NCBI GenBank assembly: GCA_965637545.1
Contig: OZ281501.1
Location: 15,376,001 to 15,440,000 of the forward strand
Direction: 5' to 3'
Source: Phallusia mammillata
Lineage: Eukaryota
DNA length: 64,000 nucleotides
Positions within the stretch are counted from its first letter, which is position 1. Every line of letters begins with the position of its first letter. The notes below the pieces were generated by a model. The model worked only from the letters and a program-made list of their open reading frames with translations, ran no database searches and was not told where the DNA came from. Of this stretch, positions 1 through 16,763 are shown one piece after another. Both the position numbers and the translations under genes were made by a program.

Positions 1-1124
1 ATTTCAGTATGTTCAGTAATAGCCTAAATTAAAAAACATCGACACCAGAACTTAAACGCATGATCACTGTTTGCCAGTTACAACTTATGTAGGAGGTGGT
101 GTAAGTATTGTTTTTTCACGTGATTTGTATAAAACAACACTTAAGATATAAAACAACAAAATTTTCAGACCTCTATCCGCAAGTGCTTACTGGTGCGTGA
201 CGAACAAGCCTTGTCTAATCGCATAATAATCGTGTTCATTCATCCGCGACGCTTAATCTCAGCTAAGCGGAGATAACGTAATGCTTCAGTAAGAGCATCT
301 ATTAGCTCATGTGTTTTTGCCGCGGACACAAAACACAGCGCCCAGGGTCTGCGTCAGCAGACTCAAACGTCATAAAGCTATTGTATTCCGCACCTAGGGA
401 GACTCACAGGTTCCACAATCGTAAACTCGACGAACCCATTGGAGATTACGGAGTTCAAATCTCAGATCAACCCACTGGTTATTGCGTTTCTCCCTTTCTA
501 AGCGCGTCTGTCCCTTTGGTTAATGATTCACTACATACCGCTCTTGTGTTTGGAAAGCGCAAAGACGTATACGCCTAATAACATGGCATTACGTTGCCTA
601 AGAGAGAATATGTCTGTTGCTAAAGCAAAAACACAACGGCAAAGATAGAAAGATACTCGGCATCAGGCTATACACCTCAGGGTACAAGTTGTTATTTCAA
701 AGCGGAGATAAGGCACATTAGTTTCAGCTAATGCGCCTTGCGTGGTTGCACCAAACAGCTTTTCCAAGTGCAAAAGTCAAGCTTAAAATAGCATCTAACC
801 TAACTGTGTAGAACTCAACCAAAAACATGGCAGTTTTATAAGTCACAACAAAAAATGGGTTGCACCCTTTGATGCACGAGTGCAAAAATGATTTTAAATC
901 ACAATCAATCAAGGCTGGCAACTTTTGGTATTAACCTAATGTATTTGTGCTGATTATTATAGTTACGTTAACGTCGACAATTGCAAAACTGAATTGCACG
1001 TACCGGTTTGTCCCGCTTGGCAGTTACGGATACAAATAAGGAAAAGACCGTAGCAAAAGATATGACAGAAATTTGTTCACACATATCTTGCAAGACATAT
1101 TTCTTATAAAGCGACAATTATGCC

Positions 1125-1172
1125 ATTATCCTGATGAAGGCGTCTTGAATGGTACGTCAAAACGTCGATTAT
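1125..1172 (+). ncRNA. Degenerate hammerhead motif (core G12 changed to A)
   Basis: ATTATC-CTGATGA-A-GGCG...CGTC-AAAA-CGTC-GATTAT, followed by AATAAAactgctggaagagc, which resembles the 3' flank of the 52109 copy. Confidence 0.5.
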
Positions 1173-1460
1173 TTGTAATAAAAACTGCTGGAAGAGCAAT
1201 ACTCGTACATTATGTCCAGCAGCAATAGCTTATTTACAAACAAATATATTGGATTGTTTTCTTACGTTACACATTCCTTAAGTACTGACAATTAACCGCA
1301 GTCCTAAACCAAACAACCGGTTACATCAGCGATAACATTGCCCTAGCCTTGCCTGCCTCGCATAACTCTAACCAAAGATATTTTTAGTGCGTCCGCCTCT
1401 AAAACTAACCTTGGGTAAAAGTGCGTACAGTCGAGCGCATGGTCTCGAAATAGCGCCGTT

Positions 1461-1468
1461 TGACGTCA
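1461..1468. promoter_or_regulatory. Perfect palindromic CRE
   Basis: TGACGTCA inside a CpG-richer island upstream of NR4A. Confidence 0.45.
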
Positions 1469-3990
1469 ATTGCTCCTGCGCGCAAGATAAAAAGAGAGAA
1501 TTTTATTTGGAGTGGGAGCAATAGGAGGGGAGTGAGAAAAAATGCGTGCCTTCGTTACACGCTCTCTCGCTGGCTGGGTGGCTAATTTAGAAATGGTCGC
1601 AACTTACAGATTGGGTCAGTTAGCTTCTGTAGGCAGTGGAGAAGCAGGGATAGATAGAGCAACGTCGTGCGTAAACTGATGGATACGTAATTTTGATTTG
1701 ACCTTTTGTCAAGTAATTACGACACGGAGCTTGAGGCGGTATGTTTTTATCTTCGTGCAGAATGAGATGCGTGCAAAAGGGAAATATAAGGGAATTACTT
1801 TCTCCGGCTTTACACGCTGGAAACTGGTATTGGATGAAAATGCAATTCATAAGCGAAAGGTCGTGATAAAATTTATTAACCAATTTCTGTAAGCTGTTAT
1901 ATTTTTTCGCTTGTATTTAATGTGAAGAATTGAATTTAGCATGCCGAAGGGCGAAGACCAAATATAAGAGGACAAATGCTGAAATAACGGGTAAAACATT
2001 TTTAAGACAGTATTACATGATAAAAAAGTTAGAGCACTTTCGATATGGACGTGGACAAAGACTTGATATATAAAGCAAACCGCAAGAGAGCTAGTACATA
2101 CATCTTACTGCTGGCGTTTTAACCATTTACCATTCGTGCAAGATTTGTAGCATGTGGTGTTTGAAACCTGTTTTCCTCTGTGGGTAAATATTTGTGCGGT
2201 AACGTTAAGTCTATCTCTAAATCTTGGCAAACGTTCAGGTCGTCAAAACAACAGTTTAAGTAATGGATCAAAAAAACGACCACTGTGTGTCTTTATTCAA
2301 CTATAAAACATTAAAACCAATAGGCTATAAAATTCTTGATTAAAATAGAATCAGATTTAGTTGACGGAATGTAATAGGTTGGGGTTTGCCATGAAATAAA
2401 CGTCAAAAGCTATGAATAAACGTCAAAACAACTTTGCCTCACTAACAGGCCAATCCAACCACATTTGCAAAATGCTATAGGTGGCAAAAAACGTGCAGAA
2501 ACCTAAACCTTCGTGCGCATTCTCCGATGGCAAAAGTCATGCACAAGAGTCTGCAATTGCAAGCCAAACGTTTCTCAATCTCTTCTCCGGTGTAAGAAAT
2601 TGGCAAGGCGAGTTAATGACTCCTTGGAAACTTGCAAGCGGCATACAGTTCAGAGCAAGGCCAAGATTATCAATCAAATTTCAGTAAAAGAAGTAAGAAA
2701 AATGGCAAGGACAGGCATGAAATGTGTGTTCGAAATAGCTTCGCAAATGTCTATGTGTGCGAATGTAACGTTGTGTAGGTATAGCGACCGGATGTATGAA
2801 CAATTCAAACGCGATGCTTTCACAATCCGTGTTTTTGCCGAGCACGTGGAATATTTAACCAAAATAATCTGTCTGAAAACGTGTTTCCACAGGTTATAGA
2901 TTTTTCTACTGATGCCATATGCGCTAGAGTTAATTTTTGGATTTATTCTTGAATTTTGCAAATTGGATTTAAAACAAAGAATCGGATTTATTTGGGATTT
3001 CCAGATCACCATAACTCGAAATTGCGCCAATGGTGCAAAAACTTGTAAGTAAACAAGTTTGTGTAACTTTGAGCATGTGACAAGCTTGCAACTTATATTG
3101 CAACAAGCTGCAGCAACCTTACGAGTGCCATTACGCATATCATGCATGCAAGCGGCAGCGAAGAAGCAAAAGCTACGTAGAAACATGGCCGTTAATTAAT
3201 GAACGTCGGATGACGCTTCTGTTCCTGCGCAAGAGATAAACGCTTTTGGTGCATACGCAAAACACATGACGAAATACGCAATGCAGAGTGGCCGTGTGCA
3301 CAATGCATCCGTTGTACAGTCCGATGCGTACGCTATGCGTGAGTGCCCAGCCGCGTGTCGAAATCGAGGTCACTATAGGTCAGAGAACGAGCTTTTTGTT
3401 GATTCTGGGAACATTGTTTCGCCTTATTTTGGTCTCTGTTGTCAATCAATCCTGGTTTTAAGCATACGTGCGCATAGAGGGCGTGACAAAAAAATTAAAA
3501 GGGGTCATTTGGACACGGTAAAAGTATGTTTTGACTCTGGTTAGTTCGCCTACTGATGGAGTTAGACCAAAAACCTTTCCAAACACATTGTAAATTAAGC
3601 GTTATATAAGTATGCACACCCAAAATGACCAAAACTTGGGGCCGTAAGCGAACAAAACTTGCATTTCAAGCTGAATGTCAAATGTGATTCAAAACTGTTT
3701 AATTCAAAACTGTTTCTTTGCTACCAAAACAGATAGCAAATTGGATTAAAATTTGTAGCGAAAGAGATTAAAATAATCCATAAGATGTGTGCAACCCTCT
3801 GATATTTCGGTATCAAAACAGACTTATTTTTGCCAGCAACACACTTCAGCAATAGGGCAACGGAAGCCAAACAATGAGAGTTTGTTGTGACAAGGGTGCC
3901 TATTTGCGATAATGCGCGCATTACCTTGATAAGCCCTGATCGATTAAGGTTTAATATTAGCGCGACTGTGCGACGTACGATCAATGAGCG

Positions 3991-3998
3991 TGACGTCA
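3991..3998. promoter_or_regulatory. Perfect palindromic CRE
   Basis: GTGACGTCAC at the start of a bZIP-site-dense island. Confidence 0.5.
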
Positions 3999-5381
3999 CT
4001 ATGCGTCGTTACGCATTCTGTGCGTAGCGTCTTAGTCACCCTGCGCGTGCGTAGCTAACTCGTAGATTAGCACGCAAGCAATAGGGAGAAAAAACGAGTG
4101 GTATGCGTACGTAAGCTCATGGCTCGGTTACGCACTTACGCCAGTAAATAATGAATGAGCCACGCAAAAGCGACGTACCAGCGCTCGGCTGTTAGCCAAG
4201 GCATATCACGCAATAGAAAAAAGATAACCCATCTCTCATGAAGTGTATAGTTCATGCTGCATAAAGGCTATAAGGCGCCGTGGTCGCTATCAGCACGAGA
4301 AAGCCTGCTGTGCATATATACAGCAGATGTCACTGGGAGTTCAGTTGTTAGATTGCGCGTTGTATACTACAGAGAAACGATTTGCATTCTTTGACAGCTA
4401 CTGTAGAAAGTCGTGGTGCGCGGTCGAGCTTTTGTTTTTCGCGAAACCCTTATTTGGCATCGGGCCAACGAGTGGACGAATGCGACCCCATGGGATTCGG
4501 CGAAGAACGTGTAGGTGTTTGGCACGACAACAAACAGGTCACATCAGTGCAAAATGCTTACAAGCTTTGGGGCCTTCGCAGCCTACGCGTAAATTGAAAA
4601 ACGCACTTACCACCAGAAAATAGCGACGTACGGTAGAATGATTGAAAAAGCATAGTGTCAAAACTCGTGAGCAGATTTTAAAGTTTAATTCAAGGAAACT
4701 TTACGCAAGAGAAGTCAGAATACGTGTTAAAAATTCGTTTCTAACATTCCAAACGGATTCCTACAAGGTAAAGATTTTTTGTCGTGAAATTCAGTGCACA
4801 AATAAATGTTAGATAGTGCGTTTTCGGCCATTTTACAAATAATTTTGCAGCAAATTTTAAGGATCGTTAAAAACGCACTGCGATCCCGTTGCACTTGTAG
4901 GTTTAAACGAAATGACTGATTGTATTTTTCTCTCTGACGAAAATCAAACCAATGAACCGGAATTTCCTATTAATAAAGCTCAAAACTAAAAACAAAACAG
5001 GAAAAAGTTTCCTTTAAACCACTAAAAATCCAGGGCAACGATACGACGTAGTTGCGTAAGCGAAGGAGACCGACTCGGGATTTCAGAGAAGAAGCGTGCC
5101 AAGCGCTCTGAGATCGTTTGCGGTGTTTCCGGGCAAAATCCTGGCAGGCGATGGTTCGGCCCTATGACCTCCAAGCTCAGTATTGTAGCCTGTCCATGAT
5201 TAATGATTGCTACATGAGGGTAGCCATCATGCGTTGGCTATGATTTATTGCAAATTGATTCGTTGCCACCCAGCAACGATTAAGCAAAACCGAAGTCTGC
5301 ACTTGGGGTTTGGTTTGATAAGGTTTTGTAAAATAATTGGGAGATTTTACTAAAACGAAAATGTCAGCGATGTAGAATAAA

Positions 5382-5448
5382 ACGTAGACGTTTTTTAAGC
5401 AAACGTTTCGGCAAGTACAAAACGTTTACTTATGATACTTCATCACAG
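5382..5448 (-). repeat. Degenerate hammerhead-bearing repeat, same family as about 50601-50684
   Basis: Shares tgtcagcgatgtagaataaaacgta with 50601. Minus strand reads GTGATGA-AG...CC-GAAA-CGTT. Confidence 0.6.
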
Positions 5449-6493
5449 GTAATTTTGTTTTTAGTAAAACTACTTTTCAATCCTTGTCCTAAATGGGACA
5501 TAGTTGTGTACCTATAAATGGAAGGTTACTTTAACAACAAAAAACTGTGGTATTTATAAACCTGCAAGTTTCAGGCATATAACTTTATTCGTGTTTCTTG
5601 CGTTTAATTTCAATGATACAAAACCGAAAACCTAGAAAATTATTAGCTGTTATACTGCCAAAAATTATAAAACAAAAATACCAAAACAGGATTGGTATCA
5701 AAAACGTTAAACCGCCATCGCGAAAATTTGTACACATGTTTTCACCCCTTAAAATTAGTTAAAAAAGTTATGTTAAAGTCGAAAAGTACAAAAGCGTTTC
5801 AAATCATGCGCATACGGGTCGGTTAGATGATGAAATAGGTCACAAAATGCCAGCATCAAAGTACTTGCAATTAATTTTTGATTTTTCACGTTTGGCACAT
5901 AATACAAAAATTGGAAATGATTAAAATTTGAATGTTGGGTGTGGTTTTAAGAAGTTGAGGATTGCCATGTTTGAAGCAAAATAAAATGTCTTCAAAAAGC
6001 CGAAGAAAGATTTTAGAAGTTATGTGGTTCATATTTAGTTTTATAATTTTTGTTTCCTATTTGACAAATTGGTAAAACTGGTTTAAATCTGTACAAAAAT
6101 CAAGAGGCACAGGGCTGTATTGATTTATCGTGTATAGTATGAAGGTCAAAATAAAACAGTATAAATGGCTTAAAAGTTTTTAATAAAGTATTTATGCCAA
6201 AAATGGCACTATTTGCCTCAATGTGGAATTCCCAAAAACGTTTTAAGTTGTCCAAAATGTTAACACCTTTTTAATGTTTGTTTCCACACAAAAAAGTGCG
6301 TCGAAAACGTCATAATTGCATGGGCCTACTAAAATTTTACGCTCTAGGGCCCTAAAATCTACGCCTGCGCACAAAATAATTAAAAAAAGTCCCAATTTCG
6401 TTTTGTACGTAATTCGTACGTTACATTATTAAACTATTTTCCAACGTCAGGTGCCGTGTGGAAGTAAATGCAAGTTTCCAGTCGTTTCTCCGC

Positions 6494-6793
6494 TGCGTCA
6501 TACCGAATACGTCATGACGCAAGGATTGCGCGCACTTGTGACGCAAAGTCGTGGACACGAATCAAAACCAACTTAGAAATATCGTGGCGAAATCACGTTC
6601 GTGTGGTGACTCATCTCATTTGACGCAAGCTTTAATGGTGTAGCTTCAGTGGACTGGGAAGTTTTTAGGCTAAATATATGTTTGGAATGCGGAACCCCTT
6701 AGCCGGTATAGGTCTATTCTTTAATATAAGCTTAATTGTAATTTAGACTTTAACCACCTGCAGCTTTTTGGATTTCGTTAGTAACTTACGTCA
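6494..6793. promoter_or_regulatory. Clustered bZIP sites (CRE/C-EBP hybrid, AP-1), candidate NR4A enhancer
   Basis: TGCGTCA 6494, TACGTCA 6508, TGACGCAA at 6515, 6539 and 6621, TGACTCA 6607, TTACGTCA 6786. Confidence 0.6.
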
Positions 6794-7385
6794 TGAAAAA
6801 TGATAAACAGTAAAAAAAATGAAATAAATTATCACAGAATATCAGTGTTTTTTTTTTGTAATGTTGTGCTAAAAAACACATGTAAACTTTAAAAAGTTAC
6901 GAAAACTTTTAAAAATATATTGAAATATATTACATCATACTACAACATTTTTTTGATATTTTAGGAAATATTGCAAACTTTAGAAAGTTGCGAAAAAGTC
7001 GATTTAAAACATTTTGCGAGTGTTTTGTGGGTTTGTTTTGCATTTTACATAACCAGTTCGAAAAACAAGCATTGACGTTCGTTTTTCATGGGCCCTAATT
7101 CAATATTATTTCTGGCGTTGCATAACATTTTTCTGGAACTTAAATACGATCTTCATAATTGATAATGCAACATGAATTTTGTGGTAATGTTAGCGTCATT
7201 CCTGTTCCTTCGTTTGCGTTTGACCTAAAAGAGAGAATAAACGCTTCGAAAAAACACTGTTTAAAAGCTCAGCCGTATGCCAGTGAAAAGATAAAATATT
7301 TTTTTAAACTTATTATGGTTAGCCAAAAATTTTACGGTAACTCATTTCGTCAATAAAAAATGTCAACTAGTTTTGCAAAATCTTT

Positions 7386-7430
7386 GATATTTGAACCACA
7401 AAAAATTCGTCTGATATTTGAACCACAAAT
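7386..7430. repeat. Local tandem duplication (18-bp unit x2)
   Basis: tgatatttgaaccacaaa at 7386 and 7413. Confidence 0.85.
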
Positions 7431-8340
7431 TTGTGAAAATGAAACCAGTCAAACACACGACAAAGAAATCGTCAACGAAAACGAAATGCCTCGGTCGCGC
7501 GTCATTCTACGTAACAAAGCGTGAGGTAAGCATTTTATTGTGTAAATGACATGTCATTGCCCTTAGATGGCCAAAACACTATTTTACCTTTGTTTGAACA
7601 ACTCGTAGACGATAACGTTAAAGCGAGAACGCCGTATGTGCAAACAGCCATTGTAATGCCCGCGGACAAAATGGCGAATATGTCTGGGTCATTAAAAATG
7701 TCGCGCAGGTCTCAGATGCATTATCGACCGAAATGATGCAAAATCAGTAGAAAAGATTGCAATTATTTATCGCGGCAAGTTCAAGGCGTGTAACACAATT
7801 TAAGTATGTTGACAATATATCAAGACACTTCTTATATAAGGGGTTTTAAAGCAAGATTGATATTCTGTATTAAATTTTGGTGGAAATAAATGGCGTATTT
7901 ACATCATGGTGATGCTTACCAGATGTGAATTTGGGTTGGTTACAGATTTCTACAAAAAGTAAATGGAATTATTACAAACCATTTTTAGCGAAGCACTTTC
8001 TAAATAATTCAAATACTGAACGTTTCATTTGAAAACCTTACTTCGGCCACCAGAGGCGAATCAAGTAAACGCATTTGCGAGAGCATACCTCAAGTAAAAT
8101 TATGCTGCGCGTTTATTATCGACTTCAAGCACATAAATTACGAAAAAATCCAATAAAAACGCGCCATAAAAGTTCTACACCGCTTTCCGACGTCAAATGC
8201 TAGGCGTATAAAGCGGCTTGTGAAACGAAATAACGCACAAAAATACGTGTTCGCACGTCTGGCTATATTGACCACGGCTACTAAAAACACTACTAACATG
8301 GCGAGAAAATGCAAGTGGCCGCTAAGACCATTCCACAAAC

Positions 8341-8554
8341 CCAATTTGATAGCCAGGCCGCAAAATAACTGACAGGCAGGCTAAGCGTGTCTGTGACGTA
8401 ACAAACCTGGTCTGGCAGAAACGAGGAAAAAAGGCACGGCTTGTTAGATACAGAGTGCCGGTATAAATCGTTGAGCAGTGCCTCGGAGACCAGTACAAGC
8501 ATTGCGTTGATGCCGAAAGTCGGGTTATCCGTAATCGGGGGATTTGGTGCCACG
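8341..8554 (+). promoter_or_regulatory. Candidate NR4A promoter and non-coding first exon (distal module)
   Basis: CCAAT 8341, TGACGTAA 8394-8401, TATAAA 8462-8467, then a donor ACG|GTATGC at 8555. Would splice to the acceptor at 11127. Confidence 0.5.
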
Positions 8555-9566
8555 GTATGCTTGTATTGTCACAAAAGTATAATATTCGAAATATTTGAAA
8601 AGTTTTACCTTAAAAATGCTAGAAGGACTTTTGGTAGAACAATTTTCAGCATTCGGAGAATTCGGAAAGTTTTTGTGTTAGGTTTAGTTAAACAGAAGGT
8701 AGTATCAAATGCGCAACAACAGAAGTATCAACAATCTACTCAAATGTTTTTCTTTACATCTTCAAATTAGGCCAGTTAATCGGGTTTTATCACTTAAAAT
8801 TCTGGCTTTGCAAACTGTTGGTGACTTTTAGCTGTAACAGATCGAAAGCGGTTTCTAACCCAGCGATTATTCGGAATATGCCAACCGAAAACAAAACGCT
8901 TACTTAAGCTAAGATTTTACTCACGCATTATTTATTACCGGCCGCGCCCTAATCTTGACGCCATTTTCGTTTTACAGTATATCAGCTGTTTTGCAATTTG
9001 TTGTTCTGTTGCAATGTGGTAGTTGTGAGTTATAAAGTGAAAGACAGAACAGCATTAGATGCAATAGTTTGACCACGATTTAAAAACTAGACAAACTTGT
9101 GAAATTGTGAGTACGTGTTAAGTTTTTTTTTGTGTGTGATTGTGCAAAACAAAAGTATCGCAGACAACGAAATTGATTAAAAGATAAGAGGTGTAGTGTT
9201 TTTCTTTTGCGAAAAAATGCAAAAAATGCCAATTTGGAATTTCGCCTTTTCAAAATAACGCTGTACGAAAACATCTACTGAAAAAACTTGGACTGCCAAT
9301 TAGGTGTTTAATCGATAAGCATACAGTCACACAAACCAGTAACGTCGGCGCTAAAAGCTACAATTTGGCAACGTCTTACGGTTTTAAGTCGCGTTTAAGG
9401 TTAATATACCGTTTTACATTCAAATTGTACAAAATACTTTTTAAATTAATGCAGTAAAGAAACAAGCGATTTTCTAGGGATTTATTGACAAAACGGTGTG
9501 GGATTGGGCTAAGTTTACAGCCCGCAGTAGTTTAGCGCTTAGGCCTGATCGCGCTCAGCCCAACAT

Positions 9567-9882
9567 CCCCGCCGCCGCCCAACCAAGGCGCAATCACAAA
9601 CGCTATGTGTGTGTGACGTAACGACGATCGATTTAGGCAACCTACGCAAATTGCGGACGTCACTGGAGACGGTTTCAGCGATAAACGTCAAATGTCCTCA
9701 GGAGTGTTTCTTTTTACTCCGCGCGCCGGCGGCTGCTCTCGGCGCGCTACTGCTCCTCCCTTGTTTCTTTTTTCTCCGCGTTTTTTCTGCGCCGCCTGGT
9801 ATAAAACGGCTGGGTCCTGTTCTTGTGGAGTTAAATTACTGTGGCTGGCCGGCACCAAAGGCAGGACAAGAAAACACAGAAA
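9567..9882 (+). promoter_or_regulatory. Candidate NR4A promoter and non-coding first exon (proximal module)
   Basis: GC-box-like ccccgccgccgccc about 9567, TGACGTAA 9614-9621, CRE-like ACGTCA cores about 9657 and 9685, TATAAA 9800-9805, donor-like AA|GTAACT at 9883. Confidence 0.5.
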
Positions 9883-11134
9883 GTAACTAAGGCAGTGTGC
9901 TTTTAAGAAAGTTGCATGTAGTATCACAGGCGTGTTAATACACACGCACATTTTAATGATTTAGTTTAGCAGGAAGCAAATTGCACATACCAATCAAGGG
10001 TGCAATTGAGACTGTTGCTGAGTTAATAACATTGTCGAAATTGTCAGTTGCCCTTAAGTGAGCAAAGGGGCCATGCAACGGGATTAAAAAGCTGCCAAAA
10101 AGAGATAGTTTACGATTTGCTAATAACAGCACTTGCCAGAGCATTGACGTCCAAAGCCTTGCGCTGCTGAGTTTTATGACTGGGTGCACACGTGCAGATA
10201 GTTAAAGAGGTGACAAATGCCCAATGACCGAAAGTTATAAGCAGGCCGTAAACATGTACGGGCAATTTGGAGTGACTGCTTTACAATCGAAACACGCGAA
10301 TTTCAGGACATGAGCATTCTTGCAGCTGTGTGCGGGTCAGCTGATACCCGGCATGGCCATTAACTCGGTTATTGCACTTGGTCAAGTATATGCGCCACTG
10401 GAACTCAAAGGCATTTGTGTGCAATAAGGACACACACATTGTAGCTGGGCAGGACTTATTTTAAAACTGGAACTGCACGATTGCAGCAGCAGCAAATAGC
10501 TTGACATATAAATCATATTTGAACAAATAATACATGTGCTTTGTGTATTCAGCTGATAGCATGGTTGAAAGATAAGAAAGAAACAATAAAACAAATTTAA
10601 AACTGCAAAACTTTTGCAATCGATCTGGTCAAGCATCGTGCATTCGGAAATATTTAGCAAATACAGCCGCGAACCGGGTCTGATATTCCCGCTGACCGAC
10701 ACTGCTAATTCCGAGGCCACCGCCCTCGACCAATTCCTTATGTCTACGTGAGTTTAATGTGTGGATGTTGTCAGTTGTAATATTAGTTGGTTTTGCGAAA
10801 AATTAAAAATATATCCAGCTTGTAGTTGCATGGTTTATTTTAATTTTTACTTTGCTTTTTAATATTTGCATTCACGCTTTCGCTTTATATTACTGTTCTT
10901 TAATATTAATCTTAGGTAAAATTTTGGGCTTTACAGTTTGCATTCAAAATGCCTTCATATATTTGAAAACCGAACTTAAATTTCTTAGGAATCATTTTTT
11001 TTTACGATACTTTCAACGGCAAATAGCCCATCAGTTTTTCCTAAATACGACATGAACGCACTCTAAATTAGTCTTGTATATTTAAATTGAGACCAAAAAA
11101 TAACCGATATCTTGTTCATATTTGCAGTCTCATT

Positions 11135-15175
<4,041 letters not shown>

Positions 15176-16757
15176 GCACGTGATCAAACAACGAAAAATG
15201 GACGCAACGTTTTCTTGACCATTGTCTACAGGGCGAGAGTTGAGAGGAATCGCCCGCATAAGCGCTAGGAGATTATGCAGACTAATATTTATTGCCAACG
15301 GCCCGCTTGCGGAGAGGCAAAAGCAAACCAACAGCGCCGTCTACCGGCCGTTTGTGGTTCTTCCACCAGGGGTAGCTGAGCTACCGAGACTATAATTATT
15401 GTGACGTCCCAAATCACTGCCGTCATGTGTTTTGTTTCTGATAACTACGCCGCTTACTAAACGTTCTTAACGGAACCTCAAAGTAGCTAAGCTTCACAGC
15501 ACGCGGGGACCCTCAGGCTGAAACACGTGATTTCCACCAAGGGTCTGTTGGCACCATCTCCTGCTTAAAGTTCCTGCGATGCCACAAATCGTCACCGTGC
15601 ATACGCGTTCTTTGCACAGATCGGCGCACAGAGATTCCTTCTTTGTTATACATATCTATATATTTGTATGTGCGCGTGTGTTTGTGTCCTAACGTGCGTG
15701 CGTGTTTATGTGTGTGTGCATACTTACAAAGCTCATGTACATTACGAAATAATTTAAGGCTAACGTCACAGCTTTGTACAGTCGACGATCCGCATTAATC
15801 AGCTCAAAGCGATTCTTACATGCTCGTATTGTTTGTTTTTTATAACTTTCTTTTCAATATTGCATTCATGGTATATCGCACCGATTCCCACTGCCACCTG
15901 TTGCATATATAACAGATGACGCCACGGGGGTGATGACGTCAGGCTACGTTTCGTCACTCTCTGACGTTTACGTTGTCATTTAAGCAACAAGTGGTGGCAA
16001 TAACATTAGCTCTAACTCCTGTCGCGAGATTTGAAAGCGTTTTTTTTCCGCCTGTTATTCGTTTCAATTGTTGCATTGTGATTTCATACTAACGCACTCC
16101 CTGCCGATTCGCACTAAAACTCCAAAGCTGTCTTGTAGAATGGGATTTGCTGTGCAAGTCTTCACCGAGCTGCGCTTTGGCTGTACGCAGCGCTCAAATT
16201 TGCAACTTATAAGAAATTTACATGCAGTGTCACGTATTTGAAAACGTTTTAGCAGTATTTCACGTTCTTTTGCTGCTTTTAAGTACTTATGAAATTCAGC
16301 GTGTTGAATGGTGCACCTTTCGCAAACGGTACAACTCCTTTATATTCGCAAGGCAATCAGTAATTACCTTTGTTTTTATTTATCACACGTCAGCAAAGTT
16401 TCAAGGCGATTTATGGACGTTAAGGTGCACTTGCCTTTTAACCCTTCGAAAGTTGCATCGATGATCTTAAAGTACAGCGTTTTGCAAGTTTCATGTTGAA
16501 CTATTTACAATGAACTCATTTCACACCTATTAATGGTTTTCATTCATAAAGGTAGCGACTGTTGTTGTTTTATTTTTGCCTTTTTCAGTTTTTCCACCCG
16601 CCTTTGGCTTGTGAAAGCCCGAAAAAAATTTTCTATCCCCGTTTACTTACAAGGTTCACATATTTTTATCATCGACGTTCTGTTATCGACATTCTTTTAT
16701 CGAAATGCCTTTTGACGGTTCCCCTCCCCTTACGACAGCAGATCGCGTGGGCATATA

Positions 16758-16763
16758 AATAAA
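16758..16763 (+). terminator. NR4A polyadenylation signal (candidate; implies a ~1.6-kb 3'UTR)
   Basis: First clear AATAAA noticed downstream of the stop at 15175. Confidence 0.35.

Noticed and set aside
1699-1706. Perfect NBRE (AAAGGTCA) upstream of NR4A suggesting autoregulation; others at 24215, 37124, 49572 and 51390
   Set aside because: A few hits of this 8-mer are expected by chance in 64 kb of AT-rich DNA, and they are not clustered.
2481-3544. Overlapping 128-170-aa ORFs upstream of NR4A
   Set aside because: No recognisable domain, no coherent splice structure, and Cys/Phe/Ile-rich composition typical of random AT-rich frames.
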